Positions 30,984-39,435 of a DNA stretch of 64,000 nt are shown piece by piece. The first letter of the stretch is position 1. Every line of letters starts with the position of its first letter. The notes beneath the pieces are model-generated. The model ran no database searches. It was not told the DNA's origin and saw only the letters and a program-made list of their open reading frames with translations. Location of the stretch: positions 397 to 64,396 of the forward strand of contig CAJTNY010000006.1 of the NCBI GenBank assembly GCA_910577875.1. The letters are read 5' to 3'. Source of the DNA: an uncultured Christensenella sp. (GTDB taxonomy: Bacteria > Bacillota > Clostridia > Christensenellales > Borkfalkiaceae). The position numbers and the translations under genes were made by a program.

Positions 30984-31010
30984 GAAAAAAGCGTGGCTTT
31001 ATGCCACGCC
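30984..31010 (-). terminator. Intrinsic terminator after the PadR-like gene
   Basis: GCGTGGC-tttat-GCCACGC, followed on the minus strand by TTTTTTC. Confidence 0.55.
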
Positions 31011-31063
31011 TAATTTTTATAAAATATTACTTATATATGTTATAAATAAATCAAAATTTGTTT

Positions 31064-32563
31064 TTAATTATTTTTACTGAAAGCATAGAAACAACCCGCA
31101 AATAAGGGTATATTCAAAGCTACAATGCAGGGTATGATAATTTTTGCGAATATATCGCCTGCAGACGAGAAATTTACGTTGAGTAATATTGACACGATAA
31201 ATATAATTAATATAAGAATTACCGTTACTATTATGCAGGCTGATAAATAAACCGTTGAAACAGGTTTTCTTGAATTTTTTCCGAGCTCGGTATAATATAT
31301 TACTCCGAAAATCAACAATTGCGCGATATCAATCGCAAAAATTACAAATGGATAAGTGAGAGTTACTCCGAGTTTGGTTCTGAAAATAAGGCTCAACATA
31401 AATACGAGTAAAAGTACCGCGCTTACCATAAGTGAACTTTTAAAAAGCGTTCCGCCGCGGTTATAGCTTTTTTTACGCGTAGATACTACATATTCGGATG
31501 TGCTTATTTTTAGTCCGTCATTATCAGCTTTTACATTTATATCGTCAACTCTTATGTTACGGGTAGGTTTACGGATTTCTTCCGATTCCTGTTTAGGCGG
31601 TTGTTTTATAGTTCTTACGAAAAGATTATTTATAAGATTACGGTAATCTCTTTCTGTTTCCGGTTTGTTGTTATAAATAAGTTTTTCAGTGTCTATCTCG
31701 TCCGCTACGGGAACAACGTCGGGTTCTTCTTCCTGCGGCTGGACAACGGGTTCCGAAATTAGTCTCATATAATTTTCGTGAACAATTCGTCTTTGTTCTT
31801 CGTTCATTACAGGCTCTTCGCGAACTGTATTTTCAGTATTATCTTGTGTAATTACAAATCTTTGAGGTTCGATTGGAAGACTGTGTTGTTCTTCTTTCGG
31901 TTCGACAGTAGACGCGGGAGAAGGGGGTATTGTTTCGTAATATATCGTTTGTTCCGTATAAGTTACGGTTTCGGGTTTGATTTCAACTGCTGGTATTTCT
32001 TCTTTTATTTCGATAGGCGCTTCTTTTTTTAACGCTTCATCATTCTGAATCTTTTCATCATCGTCATCATCGTTGTCTTCATCTTTAACAACGGGAACGC
32101 GTGTGGTCGATTTTTTAAGTATTTTAAAATCGACAGAGGCAGGCGCAGGCTGAGAAAAATCGAAAGAGCGGTCTGAAATCAGGTTATCGATAACGGTTCT
32201 AGAATATTCCCATTCCGCTTGGTTTCTTTCCGCGATTTCGCGTCCGCTGTCGGTTAACGTATAATATTTCCGCCTTCCACCCAACGACACTTCGTCGGTC
32301 TTCCAATAAGCGTTAATATAGTTCTGTGATTCAAGACGTTTCAGCGCGCTGTAAAGAGTAGGCTGTTTTAAAGAATATTGTCCGTGACTCTTTTTTTCTA
32401 TTTCTTCGATTATTTCATAACCGTATTTATCGCGCTCGTACAAAGTACGCAAAATTATTGTATTGATATGCCCTCTGATAAGGTCTGCGCTAATCGCGCT
32501 TTTGTTCTCATCTTCAGCGGGATTTTTATCGACGGGTTCGGATAAATCTTTTGTATCGTCCAT
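31064..32563 (-). CDS. Membrane-anchored PadR-family transcriptional regulator
   Basis: N-terminal PadR winged helix (GHINTIILRTLYERDKYGYEIIEEI ... GGRRKYYTLTDSG), an acidic/Pro-rich linker of about 200 aa, and four C-terminal hydrophobic helices. Confidence 0.75.
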   Translation of the reverse strand: MDDTKDLSEPVDKNPAEDENKSAISADLIRGHINTIILRTLYERDKYGYEIIEEIEKKSHGQYSLKQPTLYSALKRLESQNYINAYWKTDEVSLGGRRKYYTLTDSGREIAERNQAEWEYSRTVIDNLISDRSFDFSQPAPASVDFKILKKSTTRVPVVKDEDNDDDDDEKIQNDEALKKEAPIEIKEEIPAVEIKPETVTYTEQTIYYETIPPSPASTVEPKEEQHSLPIEPQRFVITQDNTENTVREEPVMNEEQRRIVHENYMRLISEPVVQPQEEEPDVVPVADEIDTEKLIYNNKPETERDYRNLINNLFVRTIKQPPKQESEEIRKPTRNIRVDDINVKADNDGLKISTSEYVVSTRKKSYNRGGTLFKSSLMVSAVLLLVFMLSLIFRTKLGVTLTYPFVIFAIDIAQLLIFGVIYYTELGKNSRKPVSTVYLSACIIVTVILILIIFIVSILLNVNFSSAGDIFAKIIIPCIVALNIPLFAGCFYAFSKNN

Positions 32564-32728
32564 TAGCTACCTCCGTAATTTAGCATATTATACAATAAAT
32601 CGACAAATATGTCAATAATCTGACAAAATTAAAAGGTACTATGCCACGCATAAATAAGAAATTTTTTTAATTTAATAGACTTCTTGAAGATTAAGTGCTA
32701 AAATAAACGCAAATTATAGAGGTAAAAT

Positions 32729-33460
32729 ATGTACAGACATATAAAAAGTTTCGAATTGAGATATACCGACGTTGACGCTTACGATAATTTAAAGTTGTCT
32801 GCTCTTTTGTCGTTTTTAGAGGAATCCGCTTGTTTGTCCGCAGACGAACTCGGTTTCGGCTATGCAGACGTAGCGCCGAAACATTTAGGTTTTGTAATAG
32901 TAAACTGGTATATAGAACTTAAAAGGAATATTAAATTCGGCGATATTTTAACTCTTCATACTTGGCCTTTGAAACCCAAATTTTCGGTTTTTTTGAGAGA
33001 TTTCGAATTTTATTGCGGCGAAGAAAAGGTAGGTGTCGCAACGGCGCGTTGGTGTATGATAAATACGGATACTTTTTCCGTGCTTCCCGCTTCGGCTTTT
33101 TTTGCCGAAGACGCTTTCGACAATTATAATACGGATCGAAGCGTTTGTTTTTCTGCTTGGAAAATTCCCCGTATTTCCTACGGGGAACTGAAATATAAAA
33201 AAGCGGTTACGTATTCGGACTACGACCATTATTTTCATGTCAACAATACTAAATATGCGGATTATTTGATGGATGTGTTTAGCGTGGACGAGCTTAAGGA
33301 TAAAGATATGCGTTCTGTACAGATAACTTACGTCAAACAGTGCAAAGAAGGCGAAATTATTGATTTTGTACGGCAGCGGAACGAAGAGTGCTATTTAATC
33401 GAAGGAAGAGTCGGTGATGAGTTGCGCGTTCAGATGAGGATAAATTTTAATGGAGTATGA
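32729..33460 (+). CDS. Acyl-ACP thioesterase family protein
   Basis: 243 aa double hot-dog layout (YTDVDAYDNLKLSALLSFLEE ... YSDYDHYFHVNNTKY), as in bacterial FatA/B-like thioesterases. Confidence 0.8.
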   Translation: MYRHIKSFELRYTDVDAYDNLKLSALLSFLEESACLSADELGFGYADVAPKHLGFVIVNWYIELKRNIKFGDILTLHTWPLKPKFSVFLRDFEFYCGEEKVGVATARWCMINTDTFSVLPASAFFAEDAFDNYNTDRSVCFSAWKIPRISYGELKYKKAVTYSDYDHYFHVNNTKYADYLMDVFSVDELKDKDMRSVQITYVKQCKEGEIIDFVRQRNEECYLIEGRVGDELRVQMRINFNGV

Positions 33461-34088
33461 TTTAAAGATTATCCGTTCCAACCGTAAATCCGTTTCGCTA
33501 TCTGTTTCGCCAGAGAATGAGATAACCGTTCGTTGTCCGCTGAAATTTTCGGAAAGCCGAATTAATTCTTTTGTTGCAGATAAAAGACAATGGCTTGAAA
33601 AGATACTGAATAAAAATCTGATTAAATTATCCGAAAATAAATCAATTGTGGATTACAATGAAATTTACGTCTGCGGAAAAAAATTTCCGTTAAAATTCTG
33701 CAATAAAAACGAAATATCAGAAAACACAGTATATGTAAAGAATGTAAAACAGATAAAAAAACTGTTTATTGACCGTTTTTGGACAGAGTTCGAAGTTAAT
33801 GCCCGTAAAATTTCGGAAGTAACGGGATTAAGTGCAAATTCTTTTTTTATTAAAGCATATAAACGAAGATGGGGATGCTGCGATTTAAAAGGCAACATAA
33901 CTTTTAATTATATCCTTTTTATGCTTCCTCGGCGTTTACAAAATTATGTGATAATACATGAACTGTGTCATACGGTTTACTTTAATCATACCGCCGAATT
34001 TTGGCGTCTGGTTGCGTGTTTCGAGCCTGAATATAAGAAAATGAGGACGGTACTTAAAGGTTTCGATTATATTACAAATCTTTATTGA
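33450..34088 (+). CDS. YgjP-like (DUF45/M48-type) metal-dependent hydrolase
   Basis: HEXXH motif in VIIHELCHTVYFNHTAEFW near the C-terminus. Family-typical length. Confidence 0.8.
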   Translation: MEYDLKIIRSNRKSVSLSVSPENEITVRCPLKFSESRINSFVADKRQWLEKILNKNLIKLSENKSIVDYNEIYVCGKKFPLKFCNKNEISENTVYVKNVKQIKKLFIDRFWTEFEVNARKISEVTGLSANSFFIKAYKRRWGCCDLKGNITFNYILFMLPRRLQNYVIIHELCHTVYFNHTAEFWRLVACFEPEYKKMRTVLKGFDYITNLY

Positions 34089-34105
34089 ATATATAAAAAT
34101 TTCGC

Positions 34106-34135
34106 TTGACTTTATATATAACGGTATTGTATAAT
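34106..34135 (+). promoter_or_regulatory. Sigma-A promoter with extended -10 upstream of the carA leader
   Basis: TTGACT (34106-34111), 18 nt, TATAAT (34130-34135), with TG immediately upstream. Confidence 0.55.
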
Positions 34136-34145
34136 TTTTAAGGTT

Positions 34146-34300
34146 ATGGAAAACATAAGACAGTTTGAAAAGCAAATCACAACTTTTGATACAGCCGACG
34201 GCAGAGTTTCCTTTTCGGCAAGTAAAGTGTTTTCCGAAAAATATTACGAAATAATTTTTTTTAATTGACTGATTTATTTATTAAATCAGTCTTTATTTTA
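34146..34300 (+). promoter_or_regulatory. carA leader: 40-codon uORF ending inside an intrinsic terminator (candidate attenuator)
   Basis: uORF ATG at 34146 and TGA at 34266-34268. Terminator GACTGATTTA-tttat-TAAATCAGTC (34267-34291) is followed by TTTATTTTA, 20 nt before the carA RBS. Confidence 0.4.
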
Positions 34301-34319
34301 GGTAAAAAGGAAAAACAAA

Positions 34320-35393
34320 ATGAAAAACGGAACAGCGTATTTAACTTTACAAAACGGTAAGCAATTTGTAGGCAAACGCTTCGGTGCGGACGGCGATATT
34401 ATCGGTGAACTCGTGTTTACGACAGGTATGACGGGTTATATAGAAACATTGACCGACCCGAGTTATTATGGACAAATAGTTATGCAGACATTTCCGCTTA
34501 TAGGTAACTACGGCATTATACCGTCTGATTTTGAAAGCAAAAAACCCTGGGTTTCGGCTTATGTTGTAAGAGAGAAGTGCGACGAGCCTTCAAATTTCAG
34601 ATGCGAAAAAACTATCGACGAGTTTCTCTCCGAAAGCGGAATAGTCGGTTTATACGGTATAGACACACGCGAGCTCACGAAAATAGTCAGAGAAGCTGGA
34701 GTTATGAACGCGGCTATAACTTCCAAACCGCTGAAAGATTTGAGTCTGGTCAACGGTTATGTAATAAAGAACGCGGTCGACAGCGTTACTTGCAGGGAAT
34801 TACAGTATTACGGTAATCCGAACGGGATTAAATTAGTCGTTTGGGATTTCGGCGCAAAAGACAATATTATACGCGGACTCGTTAAACTCGGTTGTTATTG
34901 CATAAAAGTACCTTCGTTTTATACTGCGGAGCAAATATTAGAACTTAATCCCGCGGGACTTATGCTTACCAACGGACCCGGCGACCCTGCCGATAACAAA
35001 GGAATAATCGAAAACCTTAAAAAACTGGCGGGCAAGCTTCCTATATTCGGAATTTGTTTGGGGCATCAGTTATTGGCGCTTGCGATGGGCGGTAAAACCA
35101 AGAAAATGAAGTACGGACACAGGGGCGCGAACCAGCCGGTTAAAAATCTCGTAACAGGCAGAGTTTATATTTCGAGCCAGAACCACGGTTTCGAGGTGGT
35201 GACTTCGAGTCTGCGCGCGGGGAAACTATCTTATATCAACGTTAACGACAATACCTGCGAGGGTATAGATTATCCGGAACTCAACGCGTTTAGCGTGCAG
35301 TTTCATCCGGAAGCTTGCGGAGGTCCTCACGACGCTTCTTACCTTTTCGATAAATTTATAATCAACATTAAGGACGGAAAGTATAATGCCTAA
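34320..35393 (+). CDS. carA: Carbamoyl-phosphate synthase small (glutaminase) subunit
   Basis: Class I GATase triad context GICLGHQLL and HPE. Overlaps the carB start. Confidence 0.95.
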   Translation: MKNGTAYLTLQNGKQFVGKRFGADGDIIGELVFTTGMTGYIETLTDPSYYGQIVMQTFPLIGNYGIIPSDFESKKPWVSAYVVREKCDEPSNFRCEKTIDEFLSESGIVGLYGIDTRELTKIVREAGVMNAAITSKPLKDLSLVNGYVIKNAVDSVTCRELQYYGNPNGIKLVVWDFGAKDNIIRGLVKLGCYCIKVPSFYTAEQILELNPAGLMLTNGPGDPADNKGIIENLKKLAGKLPIFGICLGHQLLALAMGGKTKKMKYGHRGANQPVKNLVTGRVYISSQNHGFEVVTSSLRAGKLSYINVNDNTCEGIDYPELNAFSVQFHPEACGGPHDASYLFDKFIINIKDGKYNA

Positions 35394-38300
35394 GAGAGAA
35401 GATATTAAAAAAGTACTTGTGATAGGTTCGGGTCCGATTGTTATCGGACAAGCTGCTGAATTCGACTATGCCGGCGCACAGGCTTGTCGCGTGCTTAAAG
35501 ACGCGGGTATCGATGTTGTTTTGTGCAATTCGAATCCTGCTACGATAATGACGGATCGCGCTCTTGCGGACGAAATTTATCTCGAACCTTTAACTGTAGA
35601 TAGTTTAAAAAGAATTATCGTTAAAGAGCGTCCCGACAGTCTTTTGGCTTCGCTTGGTGGTCAAACCGGGCTTACGCTCGGTTGTCAGCTTGCAAAGTCG
35701 GGGTTCCTCGACGAATACGGAGTAAAATTAATAGGAGTAAATCTCGAATCAATCGACCGAGCGGAAGATAGGGAGCTGTTTAAGGAAACGATGCAGAAAA
35801 TCAATCAGCCTGTCGTTCCCTCGGATATAGCTTATACCGTAGAAGAGTGCGTGGCAATCGCGGAAAAAATCGGTTATCCTGTAATCGTACGTCCGGCCTA
35901 CACGCTCGGCGGAGCGGGTGGCGGAGTTGCCGAAAACGAAGAAGAGCTTAGAATGATTTCGCATAACGGATTGATGCTTTCGCCTATTACGCAGGTACTG
36001 ATTGAAAAATTTATTGGCGGTTGGAAGGAAATCGAATTCGAAGTTCTGCGCGACGGCGCAGGAAACGTTCTTACGGTGTGTTCTATGGAAAATATAGACC
36101 CCGTAGGAATTCACACGGGCGATTCGATAGTAATAGCACCTGCTGTAACGCTTTCCGATAAAGAATACCAGATGCTTAGAACCGCTTCGCTTGATATTAT
36201 AACTGAACTCGGTATAGAGGGAGGCTGTAACTGTCAGTTTGCGCTTCATCCCGATTCGTTCGAATATGCGGTAATAGAAGTAAATCCCCGAGTTTCGCGT
36301 TCTTCCGCACTCGCTTCCAAAGCGACGGGATTCCCAATTGCAAAGGTATCGACTAAAATTGCGCTCGGATATACGTTAGACGAGATAAAGAACGATGTTA
36401 CAGGCAAAACATATGCCTCTTTCGAGCCCACAATAGATTATGTCGTCGTCAAACTTCCTAAATGGCCGTTCGATAAATTTCTTTATGCGAAGAGAAATCT
36501 CGGAACAAGAATGAAAGCGACCGGCGAAGTCATGGCGATAGGAACCAGCTTTGAAATGGCTATTATGAAGGCTGTAAGAGGCGCGGAAATTTCTGTTGCG
36601 ACGTTAAATCTTCCCAAATTTGCCGCGCTTTCAGACGATGAAATCATCGAAAAACTTTCAGAGCTTACCGATGAAAGATTATTTGTCGTTTATGAGGCTA
36701 TAAAACGCGGTGTTCCGATTGAAAAAATTTATTCGATTACTAAAATCGACGAATGGTTTTTATATAAATTTAAAAATCTTTCCGATTATGAAAAGGAAAT
36801 TTCCGGAGTTAAGATAACGCCCGAACAGTATCTGCGCGGTAAAAAACTCGGTTATCCAGATAGAGAACTTGAAAAGTTCTCCGGCTGTGCGCTTCCTAAG
36901 CACGTAAACGCTGTATTTAAAATGGTTGACACGTGCGCTGCGGAATTTTCCGCGCAAACGCCTTATTTCTATTCGACGTACGATGAAAAGGAACATGACG
37001 AAGCAAGACAGTTTGTAAAATCCGGAACTAAGAAGAGAATAGTGGTTATCGGTTCGGGTCCTATAAGAATAGGTCAGGGTATAGAGTTCGATTATTCTTC
37101 CGTACATTGTGTATGGGCTTTGAAGCGTTTAGGATACGAAGTTGTAATTATAAACAATAACCCCGAAACTGTTTCGACGGACTTTGATACTGCAGACAGA
37201 TTGTACTTCGAAGCATTGACTCCCGAAGATGTTCAGAATGTTCTCGATATAGAAAAACCTTACGGTGTTGTTATAACGTTCGGCGGACAGACTGCTATCA
37301 AGCTTTGTAGTTATCTCGATAAGAAAGGAGTGCGTATTCTCGGAACGCCTGCGGACAGCGTAGACCTTGCCGAGGACAGGGAGAGATTTGACGCTCTTTT
37401 GGAACAGTTCGGTATTGCACGCCCCAAGGGACTTACGGTAATGACTAAAGAAGAGGCAGTGCGTGCGGCCGAAACGCTTGGTTATCCCGTACTTTTGCGA
37501 CCTTCATACGTTATCGGCGGACAGAATATGACTATTGCGTTTACGCAAAACGATATCGAAAGATATATGGACGTAATTCTCGCGCAGAACATTGAAAATC
37601 CCGTACTTTGCGATAAATATCTTATGGGAACAGAGCTCGAAGTTGATGCTATTTCCGACGGTACGGATGTACTGATTCCCGGCATAATGCAGCATATAGA
37701 AAGAGCGGGCGTTCACAGCGGAGACTCGATTGCGGTTTATCCTCCGTATAATTTAAGCGATGCGATGCTTAAAAAAGTAGTTGATATTTCGACTAAACTT
37801 GCAGTCTCTTTAAAAACCAAGGGATTAATCAATATACAGTATCTTATCTATCAGAACGAACTTTATGTTATAGAAGTAAACCCGAGAGCGTCGAGAACTA
37901 TTCCTTATATATCTAAAGTCACGGGCGTTCCTATGGTGGATATTGCAACGCAGATTTTAATGGGGGCAAAATTGAAAAAGCTCGGTTATGGTACGGGGCT
38001 TTATCCAAATTCTCCGTATGTGGCAGTCAAAGTGCCGGTTTTCTCGTTCGAGAAGCTCAATGATGTTAATTCACAGCTCGGTCCCGAAATGAAATCGACC
38101 GGAGAAGTGCTCGGTATCGGCAAGACAATTGAGGAAGCGCTTTTCAAAGGTCTTGTGTCTGCTGGGTTCAATATGAAACATCCGACGAAACAAAATCCGT
38201 CGGGGGTTTATCTTACTGTTAACGACCAGGATAAGTTTGAAATAGTTAATATAGTTAAAAAGTTTGCCGATCTCGGGCTTACGTTGTACGCTACGAAAGG

Positions 38301-39435
38301 CACTTGTCAGGTTATTAAAAGTCTCGGATTGGAATGCAGCGAAGTTGCGAGATTGTCCAGCAATGAAGAAATTTTCAAGCTTATGGACGAGGGTAAGATT
38401 GATTATATAGTTTATACAGGCAAAACGGATGTGGAGTCAATATCGAACTATATAAGTATGCATCATCACGCGATATTGCTCGGTATTACGGTTCTTACGT
38501 CTTTGGATACGGCTAACGCGCTTGCTGACGTAATTGCGGGTAGATATAATCAGTTCAATACCGAACTCGTGGATATAAACAAGCTTAGAAAAGAGAAATT
38601 AAAACTTAATTTCTGTAAAATGCACAGTTGCGGAAACGATTACATTTTCTTCAATAATATGGACGGAGGTATAACGTGTCCCGAATCACTTGCGATTAAT
38701 TTTTCCGACAGACATAATGCTATCGGCGCGGACGGGGTTGTAATGATAGAAAAGTCCGATGTTGCCGATGCGAAAATGAGAGTGTTCGGCAAAGACGGTA
38801 GCGAATGCGGTCTTGCGGCAAATCCGTTAAGGTGCGTTGCGAAATATCTATTTGATAATGGTTTGGTAGCTGAAACGGTTAAAGTAGAGTGTAACTGCGG
38901 AGTTAAAGAACTTTCAGTAAACTCTTTCAACGGCAAGGCAAGTTCGGTTTCCGTCAATCTCGGTAAAGCTGTATTTAACGGAAGTTTTATACCTTCGGAA
39001 TTCGACGGTAATATTATAGATAAAGAATTAAGCTTCGGCGGTCAGACATATAGAACGACGCTTATTAATGTGGGCAATACTCATTGCATAGTTTATTGTG
39101 AAACAATCGATGATATAGATATCGAAGCTTTGGGTCAGGCAGTTAACGATTCAGGTTATTTTCCTCACGGGGTGTTTGTGGAATGCGTGCGTATAGTAAA
39201 CAACGTTACCGTAAAAATGCGCGTTTGGGATAAAGTGAACGGTGAAACGCGTTCGTGCGGAACGGCGGCTGCTGCCGTAGCTGTTGCCGCCATCGTTGGC
39301 GGTTACTGTCGCAAAAATGAAATTATTACCGTTAAATCCAACGGCGGGGATTTATTTGTTAAGCTAAACGAGAACGATGAAATCGAGCTTGACGGAACGG
39401 TTAAACAATCTTTTGAAGGCACGATAGAGATTTAA
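35386..39435 (+). CDS. carB: Carbamoyl-phosphate synthase large subunit fused to a C-terminal DapF-like (diaminopimelate epimerase fold) domain
   Basis: Two ATP-grasp halves and an MGS-like domain up to about residue 1070, then a continuous frame into about 275 aa that starts LNFCKMHSCGNDY. Total 1349 aa, versus about 1070 aa for typical CarB. Confidence 0.9.
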   Translation: MPKREDIKKVLVIGSGPIVIGQAAEFDYAGAQACRVLKDAGIDVVLCNSNPATIMTDRALADEIYLEPLTVDSLKRIIVKERPDSLLASLGGQTGLTLGCQLAKSGFLDEYGVKLIGVNLESIDRAEDRELFKETMQKINQPVVPSDIAYTVEECVAIAEKIGYPVIVRPAYTLGGAGGGVAENEEELRMISHNGLMLSPITQVLIEKFIGGWKEIEFEVLRDGAGNVLTVCSMENIDPVGIHTGDSIVIAPAVTLSDKEYQMLRTASLDIITELGIEGGCNCQFALHPDSFEYAVIEVNPRVSRSSALASKATGFPIAKVSTKIALGYTLDEIKNDVTGKTYASFEPTIDYVVVKLPKWPFDKFLYAKRNLGTRMKATGEVMAIGTSFEMAIMKAVRGAEISVATLNLPKFAALSDDEIIEKLSELTDERLFVVYEAIKRGVPIEKIYSITKIDEWFLYKFKNLSDYEKEISGVKITPEQYLRGKKLGYPDRELEKFSGCALPKHVNAVFKMVDTCAAEFSAQTPYFYSTYDEKEHDEARQFVKSGTKKRIVVIGSGPIRIGQGIEFDYSSVHCVWALKRLGYEVVIINNNPETVSTDFDTADRLYFEALTPEDVQNVLDIEKPYGVVITFGGQTAIKLCSYLDKKGVRILGTPADSVDLAEDRERFDALLEQFGIARPKGLTVMTKEEAVRAAETLGYPVLLRPSYVIGGQNMTIAFTQNDIERYMDVILAQNIENPVLCDKYLMGTELEVDAISDGTDVLIPGIMQHIERAGVHSGDSIAVYPPYNLSDAMLKKVVDISTKLAVSLKTKGLINIQYLIYQNELYVIEVNPRASRTIPYISKVTGVPMVDIATQILMGAKLKKLGYGTGLYPNSPYVAVKVPVFSFEKLNDVNSQLGPEMKSTGEVLGIGKTIEEALFKGLVSAGFNMKHPTKQNPSGVYLTVNDQDKFEIVNIVKKFADLGLTLYATKGTCQVIKSLGLECSEVARLSSNEEIFKLMDEGKIDYIVYTGKTDVESISNYISMHHHAILLGITVLTSLDTANALADVIAGRYNQFNTELVDINKLRKEKLKLNFCKMHSCGNDYIFFNNMDGGITCPESLAINFSDRHNAIGADGVVMIEKSDVADAKMRVFGKDGSECGLAANPLRCVAKYLFDNGLVAETVKVECNCGVKELSVNSFNGKASSVSVNLGKAVFNGSFIPSEFDGNIIDKELSFGGQTYRTTLINVGNTHCIVYCETIDDIDIEALGQAVNDSGYFPHGVFVECVRIVNNVTVKMRVWDKVNGETRSCGTAAAAVAVAAIVGGYCRKNEIITVKSNGGDLFVKLNENDEIELDGTVKQSFEGTIEI
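38602..39432 (+). other. DapF-like domain of the CarB fusion
   Basis: DapF landmarks present: KMHSCGNDY, DGSE....RCVAKY, VGNTHCIV, GETRSCGTAAAA. The first catalytic Cys position (CGNG) reads AANP. Confidence 0.75.

Noticed and set aside
31000-32649. 10-mer TATGCCACGC on both sides of the PadR-like gene (31000-31009 and 32640-32649)
   Set aside because: The left copy is simply the 3' arm of the terminator hairpin. A single 10-nt match with no extension beyond it is compatible with chance. There are no mobility genes nearby.
34185-34225. PyrR-binding antiterminator in the carA leader
   Set aside because: The loop reads GGCAGAGTTTCC. It shares only CAGAG with the conserved UCCAGAGAGG core, so I do not call a PyrR site.
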